The notes under the pieces: model-generated
What the model saw: only the letters and a program-made list of their open reading frames with translations
Told to the model about the DNA's origin: nothing
Database searches by the model: none
Part shown: positions 1 through 11,998 of the stretch, in pieces
How the letters are laid out: each line of letters begins with the position of its first letter
Position numbering within the stretch: the first letter of the stretch is position 1
Position numbers and translations under genes: made by a program
NCBI GenBank assembly: GCA_964187785.1
Contig: OZ076412.1
Location: 14,260,001 to 14,324,000, forward strand
Length of the DNA stretch: 64,000 bases
From: Amphiscolops sp. MND2022
Taxonomy: Eukaryota
Direction of reading: 5' to 3'

Positions 1-604
1 TTTCAAACGAAAGTACGATTCTTTGGTAAATGTTCTGCAGAAAAATAACATTCTCTCTGTCTTTGAACTCTATTTAGTTGAACTAATCAAAGAATTGTTT
101 AGACAGTTTCAAAATAAATCCCCAACAAGTTTTCTGCCCCAACTTGAAACTAATGTTAGTAGAAGCATAACCACAAGGTATCAGAAGAATCATTCCTTAC
201 CACTGGCTAGAGGACGTACGTTAATAAAAAGAAAATGCCTTCAAAATGCACTTTGCAAAAGTTACAATTGGTTAGGTCAATTCAATCTTTTACCATGTGA
301 CATGCATTTGATGACCAAATCACAAATACACACGTATATAAAAAACTAGAAAGACTCTATATCGTTGACAATTATCAACTTTTTAAACTTTTCTTCTAAG
401 TATCTCCGTGTTCCACGCATCGATGTCTTATAAAAGTATGCCTTTTAGTTGATTCTCCGGGGTGAGAACTCGAAGAGCTACTAAGCTCATTTCTCATCCT
501 ATTGGATATTATATATAAATAAAGTGATTCATTACTGATATGTTTTGCTTTTAATATCCAATGAAATTAAACTTTCAAACTTTCAAACTTTCGCTTTTTC
601 AAAT

Positions 605-672
605 TGATATTAGTTGTCGCGTGATATGAGTTGTCGCTTGATATGAGTTGTGGCGTGATATGATGTTGTCGA
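605..672. repeat. Short minisatellite, 4 x 17-bp TGATATGAGTTGTCGC(G/T)
   Basis: Four adjacent near-identical units read directly from the sequence. Confidence 0.85.
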
Positions 673-699
673 ATTCGAGAAACTTTATCCCACTTTTTT

Positions 700-2990
700 T
701 CACAAATTGCGTTTTGAATACCCTGTTGTTTCAACATTCAGATCTATGGATATTCTCTTCTACAAAATTGTTCGTGGTTTGAACGAAAATTGGGATCAAT
801 GTGTCAAAAAACGTGCTTTTCTGTCCTTTTTGAATTTGAGGGTGTTTCTGAAGACAAATCAGAAACAAGACTGCAGTTATATCTTCAAAATCGCCTACTA
901 GATACCAAAATCAGTCAATGTTGAATGTTTTCAACCATTTAATGCACGGTAGTTGCTCAAAATATGCTCTAAACAAAAAGTCCGTCATAAAAGTGCATAA
1001 AACTTGAAAATTCAGAGCTTTTGAAATATTTTGGGTCATTCTGAGGAAACTTTCATCCATTTTTCCCAAATTTCTCTAATCTCAAATAAAAAACACTGAA
1101 AATGTCAGAATTCAGCAGAAATTTTAACTTTTTCGAATTTTTTACGGTTAATTTTGTGCCATTTTCCAACTAACGTCCGGAAATATGTCTTTAAAAATCT
1201 TACTGGAAATTTTATTTCAGTCGTTGTTGCACGTTTTCCAACATTCTGACATCAATACATTTCAGGAGAAACACATTAGTTGTATAAAAGTTGCATAGCT
1301 TGTTGTTTCAAGTATGAAAAAGTTAGAACTTCGAGCCAATCAAATCTCTCGGAAATTGTACAAAAACTGCAATAATAATGACAATAACCTAAAAGAATTG
1401 GCTTTTTCGAGAATTGCCGGGTCAATTTGGTGAGTTTTCTGTGACAAGTTGTTTTTATCCCGTATCAAAAGCCATGTGAAACAACGAATTCATCCAATGC
1501 TGAATATCCTAATGCATGAAATCTATCGAAAATTCAACAAAAAATAGTTGAAATTGGTGGAACTCACAAAAATGTGGAAAATTGTCTTCTTCGGTGTCAA
1601 TCCTAACATTATTCAACAAAGAGGCAGCTTTTGTCTTTTCACTAAAAATACAGACTCTTTCATTGTTGAACTTTTTCAACATTCCAATCCACGAATTCTG
1701 TCGAAAATTTGACAAGAATTGCAAGAAAACTTTGAAAGTTGTCATTTTCCGTCATGAAACCGTCAATTTCGGTGTCAATTTGAGATTTTTTAGTAGGTGC
1801 CTTACTCGAAAAGAGCCGACAAAGGTCATGGTTTTTTGTCGGAGTTTTTTATATTTTATGTTTTTTTCGATACACCTGAAGTGACCAAATTAGTTCTACC
1901 AAAAGTTCTACAAAATTTGAGGAAGACGCCAAATTGTACCCGTTGGCCCAAAGCACTCAACCAAGAAGGTTTCCCCCGTAACATTCATTACCGGACAAGA
2001 CCAAATGGTTCCCCCTTTCAGTTTTCTTTGGCATGGCGAGTTTTGCGACAGAATGGATGTTGAAAAATCCCAAAAGGTCCCCCTTCAGATTTTTTGGCAC
2101 TGTGAGACTTTTTTAAAAAATGTTTTTCTCATAAAAGGGTCCGCAATTCACGAATACTTTGACATTTTGATGTCCTTTTGGTATTTTTGAGCCTTAGATA
2201 TGGCGCCGACTTGGTCCGTTCCCGACTTATTCAATTAACAAAACCGCAATGATCTCTTCGGAAATCCCCACTGGACAACCAATTCTTGCCTTGTTGAACG
2301 TTTTCAACATCCTAATCCACGATCTTTATCGAAAATTGACAAAAATTGCATAAAAATGTTAAATAGTAAGAAATTTCGGTTATTTTGGGATTTTTGGGGT
2401 CATTTTGGGTCTTTTTCTTTCAAAAAACCGCATTTATCTCATCATAAATGACTACTGGACAACTAATTTTTGTCTTGTTGAACGTTTGGACATTCTATTT
2501 CACGATGTTCATCGAAACTTCTACAAAAAATGCATAAAAACGTTAAAAATCGAGAAATTTTGGACTTTTTACCATTTTCGGGGTCATTTTTCTTTGGAAA
2601 AACCGCTTTTATCTCTTCAGACAACGAAATCTTGCCTTGTTGAACGTTTTCTACATGCTAATCCACGATGTTTATTGGAAATTTCAGGAAAACTGAAAAA
2701 CGGTAAAGTTTTGGGAAATTTAGGAATTTTTGTTATTTTCGGGGCCATTTTGTGTCATTACGGAGTTATTTTCGTAATTCCCAAAAAAGTCCAAAAATCT
2801 CTACAAATACATAGAGCACGACGCTAAATTTATTTGAGTTGAATTCTGTGGGTGACATCCTTCAATTTGAATAGAAATTTGGTGCTTGGCAAATTTTGTT
2901 AAAAAAAAACCGTTTGATTTAAAGATTTTCCTTTCCCATATGGAATATGGGCGGAAAATGAAAATGAACGTTTGATTTGAAATGAGTTTA
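700..2990 (+). repeat. Long AT-rich dispersed repeat with degenerate internal tandem units; an inverted copy lies at about 30450-32870
   Basis: Recurrent units such as TTGTTGAACGTTTTCAACAT(T/C)CCAATCCACG. Blocks 2800-2990, 1320-1450 and 707-790 match the reverse complements of 30520-30720, 32100-32220 and 32760-32870. Boundaries are approximate. Confidence 0.75.
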
Positions 2991-3006
2991 ACATGTTTAA
3001 TCGTAG

Positions 3007-3229
3007 AATGGAAGTTCCTCTGGAGTACGTGCGCTATGTGAGTGGCAGAAACAGTGCTGGAGTGACACCCTCGACTGGGAGTGACAAACAGCCTCTGTGC
3101 ATGGACCAGTACAGGACTGCACTCATCACCTACAGGAGACCGGGAGTAGGGGTGGACCAGCAGATCAGACACTTCGTCACCCTAGACCCTGGGGAACCCT
3201 GTCACGTGACTGTCGCCCATAAGGGACTG
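3007..3229 (+). CDS. ChAT: Choline O-acetyltransferase, first coding exon visible in the window (internal exon)
   Basis: AG at 3005-6 and GT at 3230. Encodes MEVPLEY...QPLCMDQYRTALITYRRPG...HVTVAHKGL, matching the PLCMxQY..YRxPG motif of the choline/carnitine acyltransferase family. Confidence 0.92.
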
Positions 3230-3279
3230 GTAGGTCTAGTAAATTACTACTATACTCAACTGTTCATCTATAGATATAG

Positions 3280-3980
3280 AAATGCTTTCATCATATGCAT
3301 GCATCTTGCAAGATTCTTTCAATGAATCCCAGAAAAATGCATTATCTTGCAAGATCTTAAAAGATTCTTGCAGATACTTTGCATGGAAAGAGATCTTAGT
3401 CGGGCTATTTGAATAAAAAAAGAGCAAACTATTACAGTGGCAACTTTTTCTTCAGTCACCTCACTTTTATGAACTTTGGATGGATTTCGTAATAGGTCCC
3501 GCCTTTTGGCTTAGCGGTTAACGCGAAATTCCAGGCCTGTTGACAGGGACTGAGAAGCAGGAGTACATGGGTTTGAGTCCCGCACTGGTTGAGCTAGCCA
3601 AATGGCTTTGGTTTAGAGCTATCCTTAACGTTCTCTTTGAGCTCTTCCAAGATCCACGTTCTTAATGATTCAAAATGGTAATCAATTTCTACAGAAAGCG
3701 TCGACTAAAAGTGTTGAATAAAAGTCCTCGAGAGACCAAAGAAGGCAAAAGTCATCTTTTCCGTTCTTTGCTTTTAAGCAATGAATGAGTTGGTTTCATC
3801 ATAAAAAGGCAAGAACTTTCATTGGTCTTGCGCCCTTGTAAGAATGTTGCAAGGTTCTTGCAAGATATAATTTCTCTCAGGATATGGCGAGATTTACATT
3901 TTCTGCCGGAATCTTGCAAGACTTGTTTTTTTAGGTGTCTTGCAAGCATCTAGCAAAATTGGTGTTTTTCTCAACCAGGG
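3280..3980. repeat. CTTGCAAG-rich non-autonomous DNA transposon-like repeat; related patches near 17340-17570 and 56940-57090
   Basis: Many copies of the palindrome CTTGCAAG and a terminus TTCTCAACCAGGG|TA at 3980. The left terminus was not identified. Confidence 0.5.
3495..3660 (+). mobile_element. tRNA-derived SINE-like fragment
   Basis: A-box-like TGGCTTAGCGG (about 3507) and B-box-like GGTTTGAGTCC (about 3570). No cloverleaf. Confidence 0.55.
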
Positions 3981-4210
3981 TAGTGCGGGAAAAGCCCACA
4001 AGTGAAGACCTTTGGTTTTTTTCCTGTAGATTGAGTTCCTTGCAAGTGGATTCGAACCCACATACTTGTAGAAGAACTTACTATTAAAAAATAGGATATA
4101 TTTTCAAGTTCTGAAAACAATCTACAGGGAATGCTTTGACTTTTTCCAGGAATGAGTATTGATGAGACTCTTTCGGAGTGAATGATAGATGAATGCTAAA
4201 TGCTCTTTAG

Positions 4211-4400
4211 TTTTATGTCGTGAAAGTCGGCGGAAGTGATGGCAGCATAATTGATGCAGACAGCTTACGAAAAAGTCTTTTGCAAATCGTCGAGAGTGAT
4301 TCACGGTCCTCGTCAGCCAATCAGACGACAGCTGGATTAGGATTGGTCACGGCAGTTGACAGAGACGAATGGGCAAACTTCCACAAATCTTTGACTCAAA
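4211..4400 (+). CDS. ChAT: ChAT exon
   Basis: tctttAG|TTT acceptor and A|GTAAGA donor. Encodes FYVVKVGGSDG...GLGLVTAVDRDEWANFHKSLTQ, equivalent to the family G-L-L-T-x-x-x-R-x-x-W motif. Phase 0 in, phase 1 out. Confidence 0.92.
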
Positions 4401-5089
4401 GTAAGAAAAAGTTGGATCTAGTAGCGTTTCGATTGATTTTGTGTACACGCATGCTTCACCAAACACCTAATTTCCAAACTTTTGACAGTATTTATCCCAG
4501 TTTTGTAGAATTTTGTACATTTTGAAGGGTATGAAAACTCACAGAGTTCAAAGACGAAACACTTATCTATTCAGATTACTTTTTCGATTTTTGAATGCCA
4601 CAAAATGGCAAAAAAGGGCAAAAATCTGGCAAATTTTTACAATTTTGTGTCCATTTTGTAGAATATCACGTTTTCTTTCAAAGGGTCGCGTGAACTGAAC
4701 TAAAAAGGAAACAAAATTGAACGTTTTTATGAAATTATGTAAAGTTTTTGGGTGTTTCGTGACTATACGTTTCCACATTGTTAAAAACGAATCTGTTGGC
4801 TACTTAGCATACTTTTGGAAGGAGGAATGCATCAATGAACCAAAAAAGATCAAAATTTGAATTTTCGAACCTTTTAGACAGTTTTGTGCCAATTTTACAT
4901 TTTTAGTCGGCGTTTTCGAAGAAAATCCCGGCTCTTACAGTGGCTAGTTTTTTTTCGTCAGTTCAACGCGAAACGTCCACTTTTTGTGCATTAATGCACA
5001 TTTACCAACTTTTATCATATGTACTTAGTACTTCATTTTCAACGCATCCAAAGCCTCTAACATGAGATAAAAAACCATTCCAAAGCAGA

Positions 5090-5424
5090 AGGGTCCACTT
5101 TTTTTCGACACTAAGAGACTTTCCTCCTTTTTTCGGCACTGTGAGGCTGATTTTTTTCCAATATTTTTTTAATGTTCCTCCCATCACTTTTGAAACAGAA
5201 TGGATGTTCAAAAAATCGCAAAGCGTCCCCTTTTGACATTTTTTGGCACTATGCGACTTACCGGAAACTTCAAAAAATTTTCGAAATAAAAATTCGGAAA
5301 TTTTTTTTCTCAATTTTTAGTTTTTTGAGAGCTTTTGTTGTCTCCAATTGTAGAAAAATGGTTTTCGTTTCGAGTCTTTTTGAGCCTTAGATATGGCGCC
5401 GACTTGGGCCGTTCCCGGCTTGTT
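5090..5424 (-). mobile_element. Helentron/DINE-1-like (HINE) non-autonomous repeat; related termini at about 2231, 6667, 7157, 37466, 39290 and 56272
   Basis: The terminus reads AACAAG-CCGGGAACGGC-CCAAGTCGGCGCC, with a GCCG/CGGC hairpin next to the AACAAG/CTTGTT end, and no TSD is visible. The family assignment is inferred from terminal resemblance to DINE-1. Confidence 0.5.
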
Positions 5425-6666
5425 ATATATAAAAATCCAAAGAGTTGAAAAAACACTTGCTTAACACACTGTCACAGCCAGTTCCCGCTGTTATCGCTTT
5501 GATAGCGACTACAATTAAAGTTACCGTGATGAACTATTTGAATGATTTTTGTGACGTCAGCAAGTTTTTTGCTAGATCTATCTATGCTAGCAAAACTTTA
5601 TTATTTGGAAAGATCTTGTGACGTCACTAATTATAGATTTGGAATAATTTTTTAAAGGTCGCTGTAACGTGTCCGTCCCCCCTTGTCATCTATAGCTAAA
5701 CTTAATGCACGCGGAGACACTACATTGCAATTGTTAAAGTGTCTCTACTAAGACGAAGTACTATATGAGAGGAAAATTTTTGGAAAATGATGAAATTTGT
5801 GGTATTGGTAAAAGCGGGTTGAAATTAACTTAAAAGTGCAATATGTTGTATCACAATGAATATTCAGTTTTGTTGAAAGAATGTTGTTTTGAGTGTAATT
5901 TGTAATGGCTAAAATGTACTTTTAGCCAGAAGAATGGCCTTCTAGCATTTTATTCTCTATTATCACTTTGGTATTTTCATTTTGACACTTTTGTTCCCGT
6001 TTATGTTGCGTTGCCAATTTTGCGAGTCATCATTTTAATTTTATTTTTCCAATTTCTGAACTAGTAGTTGAGTAAATTTTCACGTCCAGCGTGCTTTCAT
6101 CGCCATAAAACTCAAATGGACTTTAATTTTACCGCCATTTCAAGCTGAACAAAATGACTTTAACAATCGTGACGCAGAGTTGACGTAACCAGGAACTTCG
6201 ATATCCGAATTTGAGACGCCGGACTGAAACAATTTGAATCAACTGTTTTTTTAACGAACAAACCTGTTTTTTATAATACCAAAGAATCTTTAGGTGAGGA
6301 AAAATTATATCATTCTGAAAAGTATAAATATGTTGATTTTGTAAATTAAATCAGTTTGGTTAATAGTGATCATTGATTGTTGCACTGTTTTGCGCCGTTT
6401 TTAAAACGATTTTCTCTTGGAAATTCAAATTCTTTGAAACTCCTTGTCTCAACTCAAATATGAAAACTAGAAGTCAGAAAAGGCTGAAAATATGTTCATT
6501 GCACCTACATCAACTAACATAAAAACCAAAACGACTTTAACAAGAAAATTATGTTTTCCACGAAGCAAATTCAAGTAGAACATCTGCGCAAGTCCGAAGT
6601 TCTATACAGCATTCTTGGGTGTCGAGCAAGTTCTTCAATCACAGCTCAGTGCTTTGACCAAGAAGA

Positions 6667-7740
6667 AACAAGCCGGGAACGGCCCAAGTGAGCGTCATAT
6701 CTCAGGCACAAAATAGCAAAAAGACTTCAAAGTGTCAAGTATTCGACAGTACCGGCATAGGGAAAAAATTGAAAAAAAAATCCAAAAATTTTGTCGAAAT
6801 TTTTGTTGAAGATTTTTTGGTCTTCGGTTAGTCGCATAGTGCCGAAAAATGTAAAAGGAGGCCCTTTGGGAGTTTTTGAACATCCATTTTTTTGCAAAGT
6901 AGAAAAATATTGAAGGAAGACCCTTTGTTGACGTTGAAAAATTTTGCGGAAAAGAGTCTCACAAAGACCTGCACAAAAAAATTGGTCAAGGGCGGGACTC
7001 GAATCCACGTCCTTCTTCTTGGCAGAACTCAAAAAAGCCTAATTAACCTCTATGCCAAGTGCCAGTAGATGCAGTGTGGCACAGTTTAGTGTTAGTTGAA
7101 GTCAGTTTATAAAGCTTATAAAATCTGTCAGTTCGGTGGTCCTAAAAAAAGAGAAAAACAAGCCGGGAGCGGCCCAAGTCGGCGCCACATCTAAGGCTCA
7201 AAAATAGCAAAAGGACTTCAAAGTGTCAAGTACTCTCCTCTACAGTACCCAAAAAATTTTTTTTTGAAGTTTCTGGTAAGTCGCATTGTACCGAAAAATG
7301 TAAAAGGGGCCCTTTGGCTGTTTTTCAACATCCATTCTTTTTCAAAAAAGGAAAAAAATGAAGGTGGACCCTTCGGAGACATTAGAAAAATTGCGAAAAA
7401 AATTCTAACAAAGCCAAAAAAATCTACACAAAAAAATTTGGTCAAGGGCGGGACTCGAACCCATGTCCTTCCGCTTGGCAGACCTCAAAAAGCCGTAACC
7501 TTTATGCCAGTGTGGTTTAGTGTTAGTGCCAGACAATGTTAGTGCCAGACAGCAGTGGAAGTGCTTACTTATAAAATTTTTAAAATCTGTCAGTTCGTTG
7601 GTCTCAAAAAAAGTCACTAATATAGTCTGCGTTTTTCTTCGAAAAGCGCCGACTAAAAAGAAAATTTACTGCTATAGCCTGCGTTTTCTGCGAAAAGCTA
7701 CTACTTTTTCTACCAAAAACAAAGCTTGGGAAAAATAACG
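6667..7740 (+). repeat. Two head-to-tail copies (about 490-bp period) of the HINE-like repeat, each with a tRNA B-box remnant
   Basis: AACAAGCCGGGA starts at 6667 and 7157. GGTCAAGGGCGGGACTCGAA(T/C)CC occurs at about 6985 and 7440. Confidence 0.7.
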
Positions 7741-8459
7741 AAGATAAAATCGGATAAAAGTCACATTTGCAGTCAGACATTTGGGCCTAGAGGAAGTCAC
7801 TTCGAAATCACTGCAACAAGCCGGCCATCGGTTTATCACGTACTGCGACTGGGGTTCTGTAGCTTGCCATATGAAATTTGTGTTACGAAAACGTTGCGAC
7901 TTTTTTTCGGAACTTCCGATTTTCTACAACGAGGTAGCAATTTTCGATTGTTTGCGTGGGAATGAGTATAGACAGACTTCAACAATAAAACAGTTAGCTA
8001 CTTATTTTTTTTCTTAGAATATTCTTATTCAGAGAAAAGTTGATTATATTTTCTCAAAGTGGAATAAGATGATTTAACAAAGTTAAAATTTTAAAACTTT
8101 TTGGCATTTTAGTTGTTCAGTGGCTACGTTCGAGCTCAAGTAACATGTCGTTTCTTAAGTAATGGTACGCATGTTTCAAACACAGGACCACGATGGCATA
8201 AAATGCAATATCAGAACAAGGTACAAAATTGAAATTCATGTAGAAAACTTATATAATTGCCGGGCAACACAACCACTTCTAAACAAGATTTGCAAAAATT
8301 GGTTGCGAAACTCATAGTTTAAGAATGCATTCAGCACATGAGCTACCTCTCATAACACTTGCTGAAACCCAAAACAATAATTTACCAATTGTATATTTAT
8401 TCTAATATTCATTCAAGCTTCAATTTTATCTAATCCGCTAATGATGATGGCGTAATCAG

Positions 8460-8665
8460 GTGGGAGTAACAGGAAAATGGTTCAGCTGGTAGAGTCAAGT
8501 CTTCTGGTGTTGTGTTTGGATGACGTCACGGGCTCTGAAGAGGAGCAACAAAGGTGTGAACAGCAATTGGATCCGTACTCACCCATCCAACCCCTCGTGC
8601 TCAAGAGGATTCTCAATGGGGGCCAGGTCAACATGGACAACAGATGGTACGACAACTCACTCCAG
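8460..8665 (+). CDS. ChAT: ChAT exon
   Basis: CAG|GT acceptor and CAG|GTATG donor. Encodes GSNRKMVQLVESSLLVLCLDD...NGGQVNMDNRWYDNSLQ, containing the family motifs LCLD and NRWYDKxLQ. Confidence 0.95.
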
Positions 8666-9203
8666 GTATGACTCATACTCTGCTTCATTCACAGACCGAC
8701 AGACAGGGCTCTAATGATGCCTTGTTGTTGATTTCTCCCATGATAAAAATGCTCATGAAGGCTCTTTTCTGCTAAGCCCAACACCACCCCCCAACCACTA
8801 TCAAATTTTCAAAAGCTTCTTAAAGTGGTTGAATTGAAAGTGATTTTTTTCAATAACAAGAAGTTAACTTCTACTTGTTATAGACTCGATAAAAGGTTTG
8901 AAGTAGGATGCTCAAGTTAAGAATGTGTAAGTAATGTAACGTACAAAGTGTCACTGTATTCAACGTAAAGTTAGCATCAAAATGAATATAGTCTAGAGGG
9001 CAATGTAAGTTCATTGGCAGGTACCTAATTACTGTTGTCTAGACTATTCTCTCTTCATTCCCCCCTCCTCGGGATTGGTGAGAGCGATCTCAATTCTCGC
9101 CGGGTTTCTTGTTAGTTCCCGTCTTTGTTGTGTTCTTTGGGCTGCGGCGGGAGACGTTGGCTTTTCCGATGTTCTTTGACTTTGGATCTAAATTCAGATT
9201 TTG

Positions 9204-9899
9204 TTAGAAATATTCTATTCCTCCCATTTTTACTACTCTTTTCGCAGATTTTATTCTATCTGATCTGCGGATCCCTTTTTCTACCACCTTGTTTTCTATA
9301 TTTTCCCCCCCGTCTAAATTAAGTTCTACTACACCTCTATTTGGGGACGTGTGTATTTTTTGTGGCGATCCAGTAGGGGTGTTGTCGATGTCCTTAGCAG
9401 TACGCTTTGTTTTCTCCGTGCTGCAGTCCACTGGTGGAGATATGGCGGGAGTTTCGTTATCTCGAGTCTCTTCTGTTGGTTTCACGGCATCGTCGTATTT
9501 GATTTCGGCTGTGATGGTTAGTTCCGGATCAATGTTTGCCGTGCTCGGTAATTCATCCGCGTGTGATGACTGGCTGTCGGATATTACCGTGATATCCGGT
9601 CGTGCTTCGGACCTTTCAATTGGCATTGTGGGGATGGTTTTATCTGCGCTCGTTGATTGTCCCTGTTGTTCGGAACGGATTCTTTCGTGGGTGTCACATA
9701 GATCATCGTGACTGAATCGGCCGCATCTGGTGCATCTGTTGGTGGGTTTCCTCGGCTCTTCTGTTTTCTTTGTTGGCTGAAATTTAAAGGGGTTAGATGC
9801 TAGTTTTTTGTGGATAACCTTTCCATCGGTTGTGGTTATCGTATGTTTAGTCTCATTAGCTGCGGTTAAAATTTTATTGGTTTTGAACCTGCATTTCAT
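9204..9899 (-). CDS. Element A 3' tail ORF (231 aa; probably the post-integrase remainder of pol)
   Basis: Lies between the deletion junction and the PPT. Contains a C-x2-C-x4-H-x3-C-like stretch (CTRCGRFSHDDLC). Confidence 0.55.
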   Translation of the reverse strand: MKCRFKTNKILTAANETKHTITTTDGKVIHKKLASNPFKFQPTKKTEEPRKPTNRCTRCGRFSHDDLCDTHERIRSEQQGQSTSADKTIPTMPIERSEARPDITVISDSQSSHADELPSTANIDPELTITAEIKYDDAVKPTEETRDNETPAISPPVDCSTEKTKRTAKDIDNTPTGSPQKIHTSPNRGVVELNLDGGENIENKVVEKGIRRSDRIKSAKRVVKMGGIEYF

Positions 9900-11998
9900 T
9901 GCATTGGGCTTGGTTTCCTTTTCAAAAAATTGGTAACTTTTAAAATTGTCTCTTTTTTGAACAGTTCTGTTTTTCTTTCACTCGCTCGGTAACCGGCTTC
10001 TTGCAATTTTATTAGAACTTCGCGTAGTTCCCGATCGTGTTCTTCTATCGTTCCGTTTGTGACGCAAATGATGTCATCTAACCATACCGGCGTTTTAAAT
10101 TCTAGGACCTTATCTATATGTTCTTGAAATACCGTTGGTATGTCAGATAGGCCGTAGAATCCCTTCTTGAACCGGTAGTGTCCCGTGAAATCGCCGCCAA
10201 TGATGGAGAACACGCAATGTCTTGATGCTTCTGCGGATAGTTTGGCCTGTCCATATGCATAGTCTAAATCAATCTTGGACATCCAGATTTCGCCGTTATT
10301 TTGTGTAATTTTTGCGGAAATTTGACTGATTAGTTCCTCCATATTTGGCATTGTTGCTTTTCTTTTTATGCAAGATTCGTTTAGTTTTCGGGAGTCTAGT
10401 GCAATTTTTACTGATTTGTCTTTTTTGATTGTTATAACGGCTGGTGAGACAAAGCAGTTTTCAGTTGTTTTATCAGCTTTTTCCAAATGTCCTTTTTCGA
10501 TTAATTTTTCTAATTCTTTTTTCACGATTTTTTGAAAGTGTATTGGTACTGGTCTCCCCTTTTGTTGTATCGGTTTTGCGTCTTTCTTCAATTGAATGTC
10601 TATGGTTAAGTTTTTTATGGTGTGATTGTTTTTAAAAAGGTCCTCGAATTCTTTAAAAATTTTCTCACCTTTTTCGTTTGTGGTTATGTTCCTGATGATG
10701 TTTGTTTCGTGGCTTCCTTGCAAACCGATTTCCAATTTATCTAGCCAATCCAATCCCAGCAGGGGTTGTGTATTCTTTTTCTCGGTTATTAGGATTGGCA
10801 ACATCACTTTTGTTTTCTCTGTTTTGACCTCAACTATTGCTTCGCCTTTGAATTCTATCGGGTTTTTGTTTACGTCCACGAAACACTTTGAAGTCGCTTT
10901 CATTTGTTTTGGAGTGATAATTGGTGGGATAATCGTTACTGGAGAGCCGGTGTCAATTATGAATTCAATTGGTTGTCCGTCCACCAATAGGATGGCTTTG
11001 TAGAAGTCTACTCGATTTATGCCGTTGACGGACTGAATGTGGTCAATTTCTGGCCATGATTCCGTGTTGCTACCGGTATCTTCCTCTTGTATCCGGTTTA
11101 CGGTTCTTGATCGGCAGACCTTTGCAAAATGACCGGACTTCTTACAGTTGTTACATTTTGCCTTCCGTGCTGGGCAAGTGTGGTCGGGTGTCCAGTTGGA
11201 TTTTCCGCAGAAGTGGCAATTCCGCTCCGTGTTTCTCTTTTTAGCCGTGAACGTGGCCTTCTTCTTCGTTGCGGGTTTTGTGTATCCGACCTGTTCCTCG
11301 TCTGATGTGCTTTCGGATGGGTTTTTCCGCTGTCTCTTGGAGGTTGTTTGTTTGTCTCCATATTTACGGTTATAGTTGTCCAGCTCAATGGTCTCCAATA
11401 TCAGTGATAATTTCAGTGGGCCTTTGATGAATTTATCTCGGGCTTTTTTATCGTTTATGGTTGCTGCAAATTTGTATGAAATGATGTCTTCGGGTGTGAT
11501 GGTGTTAAATTCGCACTTTCTTTCAATGTCTACCAGCCTCTTCCAGTACTCGTCTAGGGTTTCGCCATCTTCTTGCTTGATATTAAAGAATTGGGCCCGG
11601 CTGTGGAATACATTCCTGGTTGGTAGGAAGGTCTTTTTGAATAGTTTCAACAACTCTTGGAGACTAATATCTTTAAGTTCCTTTCCCCATTGACCTCTCA
11701 TGATTTCGTGCTTTGCTTTTGGGCCCAGTGCCCATATAACATCACCTTTGATGTGATAGGTTGTATGAGGGTCCATGGAGTCCGTCCCTTGTTCCATCAG
11801 CTCGTCCAGTTTCTTTTGGTGTGTCAAATCTATGTATTCGGATATTTGTTCCCACCACATTTTGGGATTGGCTTTTGATAGGTCAGTTTCTCTATCCGAT
11901 AAGATCGGGATCTTGTACTTGTTTCTTTCAATCCTTTCGACTGTTGTTTGGTTGACCGCCGTTGGGTCGGTTTCGTTGTTGTTGTTCGTATTTTCCAT
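9896..11998 (-). CDS. Element A gag-protease-truncated RT (700 aa)
   Basis: Two CCHC knuckles (CHFCGKSNW..HTC and CNNCKKSGHFAKVC), aspartic protease IDTGS, and RT motifs IALDSRKLN, IDLDYAYGQ and WLDD. The frame runs into unrelated sequence after KTELFKKE (about 9950). Confidence 0.93.
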   Translation of the reverse strand: MENTNNNNETDPTAVNQTTVERIERNKYKIPILSDRETDLSKANPKMWWEQISEYIDLTHQKKLDELMEQGTDSMDPHTTYHIKGDVIWALGPKAKHEIMRGQWGKELKDISLQELLKLFKKTFLPTRNVFHSRAQFFNIKQEDGETLDEYWKRLVDIERKCEFNTITPEDIISYKFAATINDKKARDKFIKGPLKLSLILETIELDNYNRKYGDKQTTSKRQRKNPSESTSDEEQVGYTKPATKKKATFTAKKRNTERNCHFCGKSNWTPDHTCPARKAKCNNCKKSGHFAKVCRSRTVNRIQEEDTGSNTESWPEIDHIQSVNGINRVDFYKAILLVDGQPIEFIIDTGSPVTIIPPIITPKQMKATSKCFVDVNKNPIEFKGEAIVEVKTEKTKVMLPILITEKKNTQPLLGLDWLDKLEIGLQGSHETNIIRNITTNEKGEKIFKEFEDLFKNNHTIKNLTIDIQLKKDAKPIQQKGRPVPIHFQKIVKKELEKLIEKGHLEKADKTTENCFVSPAVITIKKDKSVKIALDSRKLNESCIKRKATMPNMEELISQISAKITQNNGEIWMSKIDLDYAYGQAKLSAEASRHCVFSIIGGDFTGHYRFKKGFYGLSDIPTVFQEHIDKVLEFKTPVWLDDIICVTNGTIEEHDRELREVLIKLQEAGYRASERKTELFKKETILKVTNFLKRKPSPMQ

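Noticed and set aside
1-349. ORF 23..349 and a possible upstream ChAT exon end at 1-25 (FQTKVRFF|gtaaat)
   Set aside because: The ORF has no recognisable motif. The putative donor is phase 1 while exon 3007 needs phase 2, and too little sequence is visible.
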